From NCBI GenBank assembly GCA_900617105.1, contig UYFQ01000506.1, positions 1-64,000 of the forward strand: a stretch of DNA of 64,000 nt, given 5' to 3'. Below, piece by piece: positions 1 to 10,477 of this stretch. Positions within the stretch are counted from its first letter, which is position 1. Every line of letters starts with the position of its first letter. The position numbers and the translations under genes were made by a program. The notes under the pieces were generated by a model. It was not told where the DNA came from. It saw only the letters and a list, made by a program, of their open reading frames with translations, and searched no databases. Source of the DNA: Hydrurus foetidus (Eukaryota).

Positions 1-73
1 CCGTCATTCACTGCTTCGTAGGAAGACAGAATGAAGACCGATTAAGGAGGCGATCTGAACGTGCGCCTTCGAT

Positions 74-1358
74 ATGGGGGTACCGGAGCCGACCCGCGGC
101 CGAGATCGTCGGGGTCCGTTGGCAGACGCTCGTGTTGCTGATGGCCTTCGCGTTCGGTCTGGTGCTGCATTCAATCCGCTGAGCGCGACTTGGGGCCTGC
201 CGTTTCTGCGGCTGAGCGACATGTTCGTCTTTCTCGCCCTAGCGATCTTTATACCAATGTTTGAGACCCGCGGAGATGATCCCGTTGGGCTTGGCGGCGG
301 CGGGGTTGGGGATCTTTTTCCTGGCCTCCTGATCTTTAAGACCGCCAGTCAGCAGGGCGACAGCTATATGACGCTGATGCTGTTCGCGAGCCTTGTCCTG
401 GCTCTGTGCATGGTGGCCATCGGCCGAGATGTGCCTCAGTTGGCCGTGTGGTTCTCGGTTGGCGTCCTGGTCGGGATGGCCTTGTCTCTGGTGATCCTGA
501 CGTTGCGGGCGTCAGGCCTTGATCTGACCTCCATAGGCTTGGGAACGCCCCAGCCATTGAGGCACCTCTTCGACATGTCGCGGGAGAAGCCCGGCGGGCT
601 TTGGACTCAGGGCAATGAGGCCGGCCAGGCACGCCTTGGCGGGCGCGCCTGCGCTATATCTCGCATTGCGCTACAATCGACCGTTGATCTGTACTGTCTA
701 CTACGTCCTATTCTTGGCAACCTTCGCCATTACTCCTGAACCGTGGGGCGTGATCGCCCCGACGCTCGGTCTGATCGTGGCGTTCCTGGCCGCCGGTCGC
801 ACGGGCGTTGGCCCGTTCGCCTTGACGCTGTTTGGAATCGCCATGATGTTCGTGATCGTGAGCCAATTGCCGCAATTCCAGGCCTGCGCCTGGCGTTCAG
901 ACGCCGCTTCGCGGGCGATGCTCACGCGACACAGAACCTCAGTGAGCGCTTTGAAACCCTGTTCGGGGCATCGAGGTCGCGTTACGCCATCCCTTCGGCG
1001 TCGGCTATGCGGAGCGCGTCCGGGAATTGTCATGCCAGCCAGGTCGTCAGCGGGTCGTCTCACAATGGGCTTATCGCTCTGACCTATCAGGCCGGCCTCT
1101 TTTTCACCGCGCTCTACATCGCGACAAGCGCCCGTATTCTTTCGCGCGACGTCAGGCCTTCCGCATGCCGTTCCTAATGACCGCCTTTACCCTGCCGTCT
1201 CTGATGTTCGAGGAACTGACCCTCAACCTAACTTTCAGTTCGCCATAGGACTGACGATCGCCACCCTGGCTGTGTCGTTCATGCGAGAAGCCGCGGGGCG
1301 CGCCTCGGAAAGCCGGATCAGGCCGCGAATGAGCGACGCGATCCGGCGAGAGCCATAG
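74..1358 (+). CDS. O-antigen ligase/polymerase-like multi-TM membrane protein (frameshifted; boundaries approximate)
   Basis: Hydrophobic segments spread over several + frames; C-terminal 'SSHNGLIALTYQAGLFF' resembles the HN motif of WaaL/Wzy_C proteins. Confidence 0.5.
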
Positions 1359-1391
1359 CGCACCTGGCGACCGACCAGGACGCGTCTTCGA

Positions 1392-2439
1392 TCAACGCAT
1401 CGCCAATCGTCGCCGAAGGTCATTGCCTAGAGCGATGCTGGGACGCTCCACGAAGCGATAGGCCAGGATGGAAACGCCGATGGTCAGCGCGACGTTGATG
1501 ACCACGAACCCTATGGATGCAGTACTCCGCCCGCAGGAGGCGCGGGTTTGTGCCAGCAGAAGCACGGCACCGTGAAAGATAGATTGAGTATGAAATCTCC
1601 CCAAGGCCTTTGAGTGCAGGTTTATTCGGCCGGCGCCAGTATAGCGCGGCAAGGAAAGCCGCCAAGGCCAGCAAATCCGCACTGAATTCGGGCGCAGCAC
1701 GTCCAGGCCCGAGGGCGAGAAGTGGGTGATGACGGTTGTCTTGACGACCACTCAGCGGCGATGCAGCCCCACACCGCGACCCAACCGGCGCGATCGGCAT
1801 GTTGTACGGCGTTTCTAATGCCGCTTCCAGAACATGAAGGCGATGGCGGTGGGGTTCTTCCGCCGGCGGGCGTCGGGCGACGCCATAAGCCCCTTGGCCA
1901 AGGACACGCCGAGGATGACCAGAGCAATCACGATCGGGGCCCAGCGTATTCTGGAAATCTGGTGACGAACAGGGCGGCACAACGCGTAGAAGACGAGTTC
2001 GATCAGAGGGCGTCCAGTAGGCGCTGATCAGATGGTCTACCCCAGCACGGTCACGGACCATTGTCCGATTGGTTAGAACCTGCACCGCGCTGGGTGCTTG
2101 CCGGTCACCAACCGGACCACAAACGCCAGGATCACAGAAAGCCAATAAGCCGGATAGAGGCGGAACGAATGCTGATGCCGGGCGCCACTAATGGCCGATC
2201 ATATTTGTCATTGAGACTGAACGGGATGACGAACCCGCTGATCAGAAAGAACAGCATCACGCCGAAGCGAAATTAACACACCGCCGAACACCTCATCGAG
2301 GATCGTTCGAACGATGTGGGACGACGGTTTGGCGCGGGGATGAGCTCATGATATGCTGCGCAACCACGCAGACGGCGGCTATACCCGAAGGCATGTCAGA
2401 TAGTCTAGGCGTACTCTGGGAAGCGGGGTCAGTGGCCAT
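1392..2439 (-). CDS. Acyltransferase family 3 (OafA-like) membrane O-acyltransferase (frameshifted)
   Basis: Across frames: GIAAVCVVAQH, FGVMLFFLISGFVIPFSL, LGEISYSIYL, LAYRFVERPS. Confidence 0.75.
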
Positions 2440-2723
2440 GAAGCGCCTGGATCAAGACGTTCTCCCGAAAAACGCGCCCTTGCGAAGCCGCAGATGAAAT
2501 AGTTCTAACTATGAATACGGGTTACTACCCAAATCATAGACGCCGTGTCGATTGGAAATATAGCTTCGCAAACGTACAGTTCTCGGCGACCTATGTGTTG
2601 AGTTGCCTTTATAGAGCGGCGGAGATGCGAATGAGGCGCGCGTTTGAGGGGCTCAAGTCGCCAGCGCATTCCGCCGGCCGACCAGCGGCCGTTCGACAGA
2701 CGGTTCTGGATATTCGGAAAGGT

Positions 2724-2797
2724 TGGAAGCCCGGCCCGAATCGAACCAAGGTAAACGGATCTGCAATCCGGCGCGTAACCACTACGCCACCGGGGCC
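2724..2797 (-). pseudogene. Degenerate tRNA-Cys(GCA) copy
   Basis: Colinear with tRNA-Cys at 5475-5548; keeps GCA anticodon and CCA end, but T-stem and acceptor stem carry mismatches/indels. Confidence 0.65.
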
Positions 2798-2999
2798 ATC
2801 CGGGATCAACGCAATAGGCGTTGGTGAAGGGACGGTTCGATACAGAACTGACCCTAGAGTCGCAGCCGGAACTTTGGACGATCGACCAGCGCCGCATCAA
2901 CCCGGTTCCAGTTGCGCCGCTGCGTCAAAGCGTTTTGCAAGCGAGAGCGACTGGCGCCGCGACGAGAGGCGCCGGTTGAACCCGAAGTTTGCGGCGGGC

Positions 3000-3750
3000 T
3001 AAGGCTTATGCGATTGTCGCGATCGGCGCCTCCAGACAAGCTGGGTTGCTGAAGGCGGTGACCGGTGCCGCCGCACTCTAACGTCCAACCGATGCCAGGC
3101 GGTGGGCAGCGATGTACCTCACACGTCTGGAAGGTCAGATCCGTGATGCCGGCCTGCGGCAGTAAAAGCGCCAGGCGTTTCGGAGGCCGCCCTCTGACGC
3201 CCGCGGTTGCCCATCGTTTCGTACCAGAATGAATGGAGAACGATCGCGGCGTGACCCGCAGCGCCTCGGCGAGGCCATGCGCGATCGGCAGCGACCTCCT
3301 GACGGGTCTTGCCTGCCGCAACCTGATGACGTCGCTATCGATATCGCTCCAGCGTGGAACCAATAGATCCTTGCCGCTGGCCGGTTTCAAGGCGAGCATC
3401 AGAGTCAAACCGAGATTGGCCGATGCGACGGCTGAAGGCGTCAAAATCCTCCTGACACCAGACCTATAGCGGCAGTCGTTTCTGTAGAGCGGCGGGATCC
3501 GGCGGTGCGGTTACCTCGACCAGGCCGCGACGGCCGCCCAGCCCAGAGGCGCTTTGGCCACCTGGAAGCCGTAGTCGGCGCGGCGAGGGCTGGTTGCGCT
3601 GCAGTCGGGCCAGGCGAACACCAGCTGGCGGCGGCCTTGTCGCGAAAGCGGTCGCATGTCGCGGCGCTGGACCGTGCCGGGATCAGCTGCCAATGCGGGC
3701 CAACAGCAGGGCGCAGATTAGGGCGATAGGGATCGACGACATCTTGCCGA
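3000..3750 (-). pseudogene. Decayed tyrosine recombinase/phage integrase (boundaries approximate)
   Basis: Fragments 'ATSPRRADYGFQV..LGWA', 'LMLAL..DLL..WSDIDSDVIRLRQ', 'AGITDLTF', followed by a broken HDxRGT motif with TGA at the Arg position. Confidence 0.65.
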
Positions 3751-3799
3751 GATCGCCCGGCTTTAAGCGCCCGCGTAGGGGAATGCGCGTATCCCGTCT

Positions 3800-5292
3800 T
3801 CAGATTTCCTGATTGTACTTGCCGACCCGGTCACCCAGGCGCGGCAACTTCTTGGCGGAACAGGGCGCGCATGTCGTCCCGGAGCTGGTGCTCTCGACCA
3901 CGACCACGATCTCGGGCTTGTTGGACGAGGCGCGGACCAGCACCCACGAGCCGTCTTCCAGATGCACCCGCACGCCGTTGACGGTGATCACCTCGGTGAT
4001 CTTGCGGCCCAGGATCGAGCCGCCGGCGGCGAACAGGTCCTGGTATTCCTTCACCACGTCATCGACGACGCCGTACTTCACCTCGTCGCCGCAGTGCGGG
4101 CTCATGGTGAGAGACGTGAAGGCCACCGGCAGGGCCTTGCGCATGTCCGACAGCTTCACGCCCGGATTGCGGTCCAGCATGGCCAGGACGGCGGCGGCGG
4201 CGGTCAGGCCGCAGTCATAGCCGTAGCCCAGGTCGCCGTTCATGAAGAAGTGGCCGCTCTTCTCGAAGCCGGCCAGGGCCCCGACCTCGGCGCTCTTGCG
4301 CTTGATGTAGCTGTGGCCGGTCTTCCAGTAGATCACCTTGCAGCCGTGTGCGCCAGGATCGGGTCGGTGGCGTAGAGGCCCGTCGACTTCACATCGACCA
4401 CGAAGGTCGCGCCGGGGTTCAGCGGGGCCAGATCGCGGGCCAGCATCAGGCCGATCTTGTCGGCGAAGATCTCCTCGCCCTCGTCGTCGACCACGCCGCA
4501 GCGGTCGCCGTCGCCGTCGAAGCCGAAGGCCAGGTCCGCGCCATGCTCACGCACGGCCGCGGCCATCGAGTGCAGCATTTCCACGTCTTCCGGGTTCGGA
4601 TTGTATTTCGGGAAGGTGTAGTCGAGCTCGACATCCATGCCGATGACATCCGACACGCCCATGCGCTGCAGGGCGTCGACCGCGAAGGCGCCGGCCGTGC
4701 CGTTGCCGCAGGCGGCGATGACCTTCAGGGGCCGGGTGATGCTGGCCCGCTTGGCGACGTCGGCGATGAAGCGCTCGGCCTCGCCCTCGACCCGGATCAG
4801 CTTGCCGCCGTCGCGTTCCACGAACTTGCCGCCCAGCACGATGTCGCGCAGGCGACCCATCTCGTCGGGGCCGAAGGTGAGGGGGCGTTGAGCGCCCATC
4901 TTTACGCCGGTCCAGCCGTTTTCGTTGTGGCTGGCGGTGACCATGGCCACGCAGGGGATGTCGAGATCGAACTGGGCGAAATAGGCGGTGGGCGACAGGG
5001 CCAGGCCGATGTCGTGCACCTCGCAGCCGGCCGAGATCAGGCCCAGGATCAGGGCGTTCTTGATCGAGCTGGAATAGGAGCGGAAGTCGTGGCCGACCAC
5101 GATCTTCGACAGGCCCAGTTCCTGGATATAGGTGCCAAGGCCCAGGCCAAGCGCCTGGATGCCCAGCAGGTTGATGTCGGGCCCAAACAGCCAGCGCGCG
5201 TCGTATTCGCGAAAGCCCGTGGCCTTGACCAGCGGCTCGTTCTCATAGGCGGCGGTATTGGGAACGAGGTCGGAGCGGGGCGCTGAGAACAT
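3800..5292 (-). CDS. manB: Phosphomannomutase/phosphoglucomutase (frameshift near 4335)
   Basis: Motifs VTASHN, FDGDGDR, FEKSGH, VLVRASSNKP. Confidence 0.9.
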
Positions 5293-5474
5293 CGGGGCTC
5301 GCATCAAGGTTGAGATCGTTGCTTTAGCGACCACGGGCCGGCGCTGCTAGCGTTCTCACATGACATCGATTGTCGAAACGTGACCGTCGCCTAGATAATG
5401 CCCGCCCGCAGCAGATCGTGGACATGCAGGATGCCGACAAGTTAGGTGGCGGGTCCAAAAAGCAGGCTTAGAGT

Positions 5475-5548
5475 TGGAGGCCCGGCCCGGAATCGAACCG
5501 GGGTGCACGGATTTGCAATCCGCTGCGTAACCACTCCGCCACCGGGCC
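5475..5548 (-). tRNA. tRNA-Cys(GCA)
   Basis: GGCCCGGTGGCGGAGTGGTTACGCAGCGGATTGCAAATCCGTGCACCCCGGTTCGATTCCGGGCCGGGCCTCCA; intact cloverleaf and CCA. Confidence 0.95.
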
Positions 5549-5966
5549 ATCCGGGGTCAACGCAAGCGGCGTTGGCGAAGAGAGGCGGTCGATACAGGAC
5601 TGGCGTGGGCCGCAACGGGCAAGTCGCTATCTCGGCGGTATCCCAAGCTTTGAGACTGAGCGCTGCAACCGCTGCTTTGTCGTGTGGCGCAAATCGAAGA
5701 CCGTGGCGGGCTACTGTCTCCGGGGCCTCCTGGATCGCTTTGCCGGCTGCTCAGATGAACCTGGCCACTTGACGATGGAGGCCGCTAGCCCGTCGCGAAC
5801 ATTGTTGGTCCCTGCGGCCGCAGGGTCTTGATCGGCCCCCGTCCTGAAGAGGTTGCAGTTCCCCAAGCGCTGGATCGCTAGCCGCCAGCCGCCAGACCGT
5901 CGGGCGCACGGGTCCGTTGCTGACGATCTTGAGGCCCGGCCCGGCTCGGCCAGGCCTGGGCTGAGT

Positions 5967-6701
5967 TCAAGCGGGCGCTATGAGCCGTCGCGTTTTCCGA
6001 TAACGGGATGGAGGGCCAGGGCCGCGCCCGCCGCGCGCCGGCGTCGTAGGCCTCTGGCGACACCATGCGGGTCGCGCGCGCACGGTCTTGAGCTTGAGAT
6101 CGAGCTTGTCGAGTTCGGCGTCGACGACCGACGCCTTGAGGACGACAAGATCACGTCCGGCGCCGGTGTTGGCTTGGTCGCGCCGGGCCTTCATCGCCGT
6201 CAATTTGGCAGCGATGGACGCGACCATGCCCAGGGTGAAGGACGCGTTGGCCATGTGTCGCTCCTGGTGCCGAAACCGCTGATAGTCGGCACTGGTCTTG
6301 TAGCGGCCGAGCTCGGAGCGAACGGCGAGATCGATCAGTTCGGTCAGGCAGTGCGCGGCTTCAACGTCGGATCGGAGCCCGAAAAAGACGTATCGCGCCT
6401 CGCCTGCCGGGTTTTTCTCGCGCCAGACCCGGCAATCGCAGAAGCCCGCGATCGCGCCAACGCAATCGTCCAGCGGTATGCGCTTGTTGTGATGGGTCTC
6501 GTAGTCTCGCCGCTCGCACGGCGCATCACGGATTTCGACATCGGTCAGCGACAGGTCGTAGCGATCCAGCAACTCGGCGACCTTGGCGGCGGCTGACAGA
6601 GCCTCGCCTTCGGTGCAGCCGTTGTCGGTGGTCTTGGCGCGCAGCCCCTGGATGCGGGTCTTGAGCCTATCGAGGGCGGCGAGATCGGACTTTTCGGTCA
6701 G
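5967..6701 (-). CDS. DUF2786-like domain protein (start uncertain; C-terminal frameshift)
   Basis: N-terminal 'LDRLKTRIQGLRAKT..GCTEGEALSAAAKVAELLDRYDL'; 'YVFFGLRSDVEAA', 'SFTLG'. Confidence 0.65.
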   Translation of the reverse strand: MTEKSDLAALDRLKTRIQGLRAKTTDNGCTEGEALSAAAKVAELLDRYDLSLTDVEIRDAPCERRDYETHHNKRIPLDDCVGAIAGFCDCRVWREKNPAGEARYVFFGLRSDVEAAHCLTELIDLAVRSELGRYKTSADYQRFRHQERHMANASFTLGMVASIAAKLTAMKARRDQANTGAGRDLVVLKASVVDAELDKLDLKLKTVRARPAWCRQRPTTPARGGRGPGPPSRYRKTRRLIAPA

Positions 6702-6968
6702 GACGGGTCCCGAATCAATCGACGTGGCGCCGACAGCAGCGCCTGCCCGCAGATCTACCAGAGCCGCCGCGCCGGGTCGGAAGATGCGGGCCCCAGGTTT
6801 TACGCCTGGCGTGCGGCCCGTCACAGGGCGATTGCAGCCCATGCCGGCGGGCTTTTCGCGGCGTTCGGCAGGGTCGCAGACTTTACGAGGGGCCTGTAAG
6901 TCATTGATTTTGCTGAATCGCGATTGTAAAAATCTGGCTAAGTCCTTATGGACACTGCACTAATTCGC

Positions 6969-7014
6969 GATTTTGGTACCGTCGTTCTAGGTTCGAGTCC
7001 TAGTTCCCCAGCCA
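6969..7014 (+). mobile_element. 3' half of tRNA-Gln(TTG): att-site duplication
   Basis: GATTTTGGTACCGTCGTTCTAGGTTCGAGTCCTAGTTCCCCAGCCA has anticodon loop, T-arm and CCA, but no 5' half; preceded by AT-rich TAAGTCATTGATTTT. Confidence 0.75.
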
Positions 7015-7347
7015 CTTCTCCATCATGTCAAACGCATCGCGGCCCCCGCCGCCTTGCGCCGCGGAGAGCGGCGAATAGACTGCCCGCAGCATGTATGTTA
7101 TCGGTGTCGAAAGTTGAGTTGCTGGTCTAGCCGAGCGCCGGGGCGAACTCTGTTACATTCTGACCAGCCGCAACGTTGTCGGGGATGGTCGTGACCGCGA
7201 TTCTCCGACCATCGATCTCTATTTCGCAGCCGGCGACAGAAAAGGCCGTTTGAACAAGCGATCTCGATGCCGGTGTGATCCAATCACTACTTGTATTCCA
7301 ACGTAGGGGGTGTATTTCCAAATCAAAGCATGATTGGAGACGTCATC

Positions 7348-7845
7348 GTGGAAGACAAAGCCTCGCTCATCGAGTTGACTGCGGAAATCGTGGCCAACTA
7401 TGTCGCGAATAACATCACGCCGGTATCCGAACTTCCGGCGCTGATTCGCGCCACGCATGATGCCCTTGCTGGTATTGGCTCGCCGGAAGCTCCGGTTGTC
7501 GAGGCGGTTACGAAGGCTACTTCGGCGCAGATTCGCAAGAGCATCACGCCGGACGCCCTGATCAGCTTTGAAGATGGCAAGCCCTACAAGACGCTGAAGC
7601 GCCACCTGACCACGCACGGCATGACCGTTGCCGAATACAAGGCCAAGTGGGGCCTGCCCAACGACTATCCTACGACCGCGCCCGCCTATAGCGAAGCCCG
7701 CTCGGCCATGGCCAAGGCCCTGGGCCTGGGTCAAGGCGGCCGCAAGGCCAAGAGCCCGGCCAAGGCGCCGCGAGGCGTAAGGTCTACGGACCTTTTGAAG
7801 CGAATGGCTTCAGAAGAGGGGCTGGCTCATGGCCAGCCCCTTTGA
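7348..7845 (+). CDS. mucR1: MucR/Ros family regulator, Cys-lacking zinc-finger type (true stop may be near 7780)
   Basis: ISFEDGKPYKTLKRHL..WGLPNDYP..APAYSEARS..GLG; GGAGA RBS before GTG. Confidence 0.9.
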   Translation: MEDKASLIELTAEIVANYVANNITPVSELPALIRATHDALAGIGSPEAPVVEAVTKATSAQIRKSITPDALISFEDGKPYKTLKRHLTTHGMTVAEYKAKWGLPNDYPTTAPAYSEARSAMAKALGLGQGGRKAKSPAKAPRGVRSTDLLKRMASEEGLAHGQPL

Positions 7846-7893
7846 TTCCGGCTCCTTGCGGATCCCAACCCGCCAAGCCTGACGTCAGCCGGC

Positions 7894-9679
7894 TCAGGCG
7901 ATGGTGCGGGCGTCGGCCTGATGATCCCGGGAAGATAGGATCCGGGTCAGGGCTTCGGCCAACCGCGTCACCTCGATGGGCTTGGCCACCAGGCCGTCCA
8001 TGCCGGCGTCTGCATAGAGGCTTTGCTCATGGCTCATTACGCTGGCGGTCACAGCCAGGATCGGCGTGCGCGGTTGGCCGGTGCGCTGCTCTGGCGGATG
8101 GTCCGGCTGGCCTCGACGCCGTCCATGATCGGCATGTGGATGTCCATTAGGATGGCGTCCCAATGTCCGTCTTGCCACATCGTCACGGCCTGCTGCCCAT
8201 CGACGGCGCTCTGGCCCTGAATGCCCAGGTGGCTCAGCAGGGTCAGCAGGACCGTGCGGTTGGTCTCATTGTCGTCGACGATCAGGATGCGTGAGGGGCG
8301 AACGTCATCTCGGGCCTCGATCACCATGTCCGGGGCTACGCCCTGAACGGCTTCGATCCGGCGCATGGCTGTATCGAAAGTGAACTCGGTGCCACCGCCG
8401 GCAGGGCTGGAAAAGTCGATTTCCCCCCCCATCAGACCGACCAGATCCTTGCAGATGGCCAGGCCCAGACCCGTGCCGCCGGCTCGCCGGGTGCTGGAGC
8501 CGTCAAGTTGCGAGAACTTCGAGAACACCAGGTCGCGCTGCGCCTCGGGAATGCCCACGCCGCTGTCCTTGACTGAAAAGATCAGGGTCGTGGCGTCGCC
8601 CTTGACCGTCACCTGAACAGCCCCGGCTTCGGTGAACTTGATCGCGTTGGAAATCAGGTTGCTCAACACCTGACGCAGGCGCTCGCAGTCGCCCATGCGC
8701 CAGCCCATCACGTCGGGCGCGACGTCGAGTGAAGGCCAGGCCCGCTCGCGCGCCAGGCCGCCGTACAGCTGGCCCATCGCATCGACAAGCGCGTCCAGAT
8801 GGAAGGGAGCGGCGATGATTTCGATCTTGCCCGCCTCGATCTTGGAGATGTCGAGGATGGCGTTGATAACGCCGAGCAAGGACTGGCCCGAAGCGGTGAT
8901 GATACCCAGATGGCGGCTCTGTTCGGCAGACAGCTCGCCGGCCGCCATGATCTGGGCCATGCCCAGAACGCCGTTTAACGGTGTGCGGATTTCGTGGCTC
9001 ATGATGGCCAGGAACTCGGTCTTGGCCCGGTTGGAGCCTGGGCGCTCAGGGCCAGAGCCTGGGTCTCGCATTGCAGGCGATGGTTTTCCTCGAGCTTGCG
9101 CTCAAGCTCGGTGTTGAGGGTTTCGCTGGCCAGGCGTGCGTGGACCTCGCGCTTGACGCGCCGCGCACCCGGCGGACATGCCAAGGGCGGCGAACGCGCC
9201 GGCCATCCCCATGAACATGTACTGGGCAATCATGTCGCCGGGGGCCTTGCGGGCCATCAGGAACAGTCCCGTCATCGCCAGGGCGACACTGATCAGCGCC
9301 ACCCGGCGGGTCGGGGCCGAGGCCGCAAACACCAGCGCCATCAGCACGAAATAGACCAGTTTCTGGGGTTCCAGGTGCAGCGTGTGGTGGGCGATGACAT
9401 TGGCCAACGACAGGCCGTTCATCCCCAGGACCACGGCCTCCAGCCGCCAGCCGGTCCAATGTCCGCGCCCCAGGCCCAGCCAGGCGACAAAGGCATAGGC
9501 TGCCACCGTCACCGACAGGCTACCCAGGATCAGCAGGTTCGAGGGGTTTCATAGAATGGATGCGAGAGGCTGATCACGCAGTAGTACACGGCCGCCGCAA
9601 TCAGATAGCCGCGTACGATCGGTACATAGGCCTGCATCAGGGCGGCCTCTGCGGGCCTTGATGTTGAGGTGATCGGCAA
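7894..9679 (-). CDS. Membrane hybrid sensor histidine kinase/response regulator (frameshifted)
   Basis: N-terminal TM helices, MSHEIRTPLNG H-box, NLISNAIKF, GGTGLGL, REC domain (DDN, LMDIHMP, AKP). Confidence 0.85.
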
Positions 9680-9786
9680 CGCCAAACCCTGTCTAGGACG
9701 TCAAGTGTTCCGCCAGTGCACCTTCTGTAGTCGAGGAAGAGTTAAGTCTTGGCCCAGGCCATGACTGAGACCTGTCAACTCAGGCT

Positions 9787-10338
9787 CTAGACACCGCTCA
9801 GCGCCAGTCCCGGCGCATCTGGATTTCGGGCTCCGCCGCCGTTCAGAGGGCGCTGCATCCATACCAGATCGACCCATCGGCCAAATTTGAAGCCCATGGC
9901 GGGGAAAACCCCCTGTTTTGCAAAGCCCATCGCCGCATGCAGGCCGATGGAGGCGCTGTTGCCGCTATCGCCGATCACCGCGACCATCTGACGCAGCCCC
10001 AGCGCTTCACAGGCCTCGATCAGCGCGGCCAGCAGGGCGCGGCCCACGCCCTGTCCCACGGCGTCTGGCGAAATATAGACGCTGTCCTCGACCGTGTAGC
10101 GATAGGCGGCGCGCAGACGGAACGGGCCGGCATAGGCATAGCCCAGCACGACCCCGTCCCGTTCGGCGACCAGATAGGGCAGGCCGCGATCGAGGAACGT
10201 GGCGCGGCGACGGGCCATCTCGTCCTGCGCGGGCGGGTCTTCCTCGAAGGTGCCCAGGCCGTTGCGGACATTCCAGCCATAGATGGCAGTGATCGCCGCC
10301 AGGTCGGCGTCGGTCGAGGGGCGGACGGTGAGGGTCAT
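9787..10338 (-). CDS. GNAT N-acetyltransferase (phosphinothricin/YncA-like)
   Basis: AYRYTVEDSVY, GQGVGRALL, NSASIGLH, GFKFGRWVD. Confidence 0.9.
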   Translation of the reverse strand: MTLTVRPSTDADLAAITAIYGWNVRNGLGTFEEDPPAQDEMARRRATFLDRGLPYLVAERDGVVLGYAYAGPFRLRAAYRYTVEDSVYISPDAVGQGVGRALLAALIEACEALGLRQMVAVIGDSGNSASIGLHAAMGFAKQGVFPAMGFKFGRWVDLVWMQRPLNGGGARNPDAPGLALSGV

Positions 10339-10341
10339 TGG

Positions 10342-10463
10342 AAAGTCCTCCCCCCGATGGGGGAGGCGGGCCGCAGGGCCGGAGGGGGAAGTGATCCCCG
10401 CCGTTGGCTGACTTCCCCCACCGTCGGCTTCGCCGACACCTCCCCCTTCAGGGGGAGGACCTT
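10342..10463. repeat. GC-rich palindromic intergenic repeat (family A, copy 1)
   Basis: Terminal inverted repeats GTCCTCCCCC...GGGGGAGGAC with nested hairpins; similar to 59498-59622. Confidence 0.85.
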
Positions 10464-10477
10464 GAAGTCAGGCACCC

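Noticed and set aside
6940..7014. Complete tRNA-Gln gene
   Set aside because: No 5' acceptor strand, D-arm or 5' anticodon stem; only the 3' half is present.
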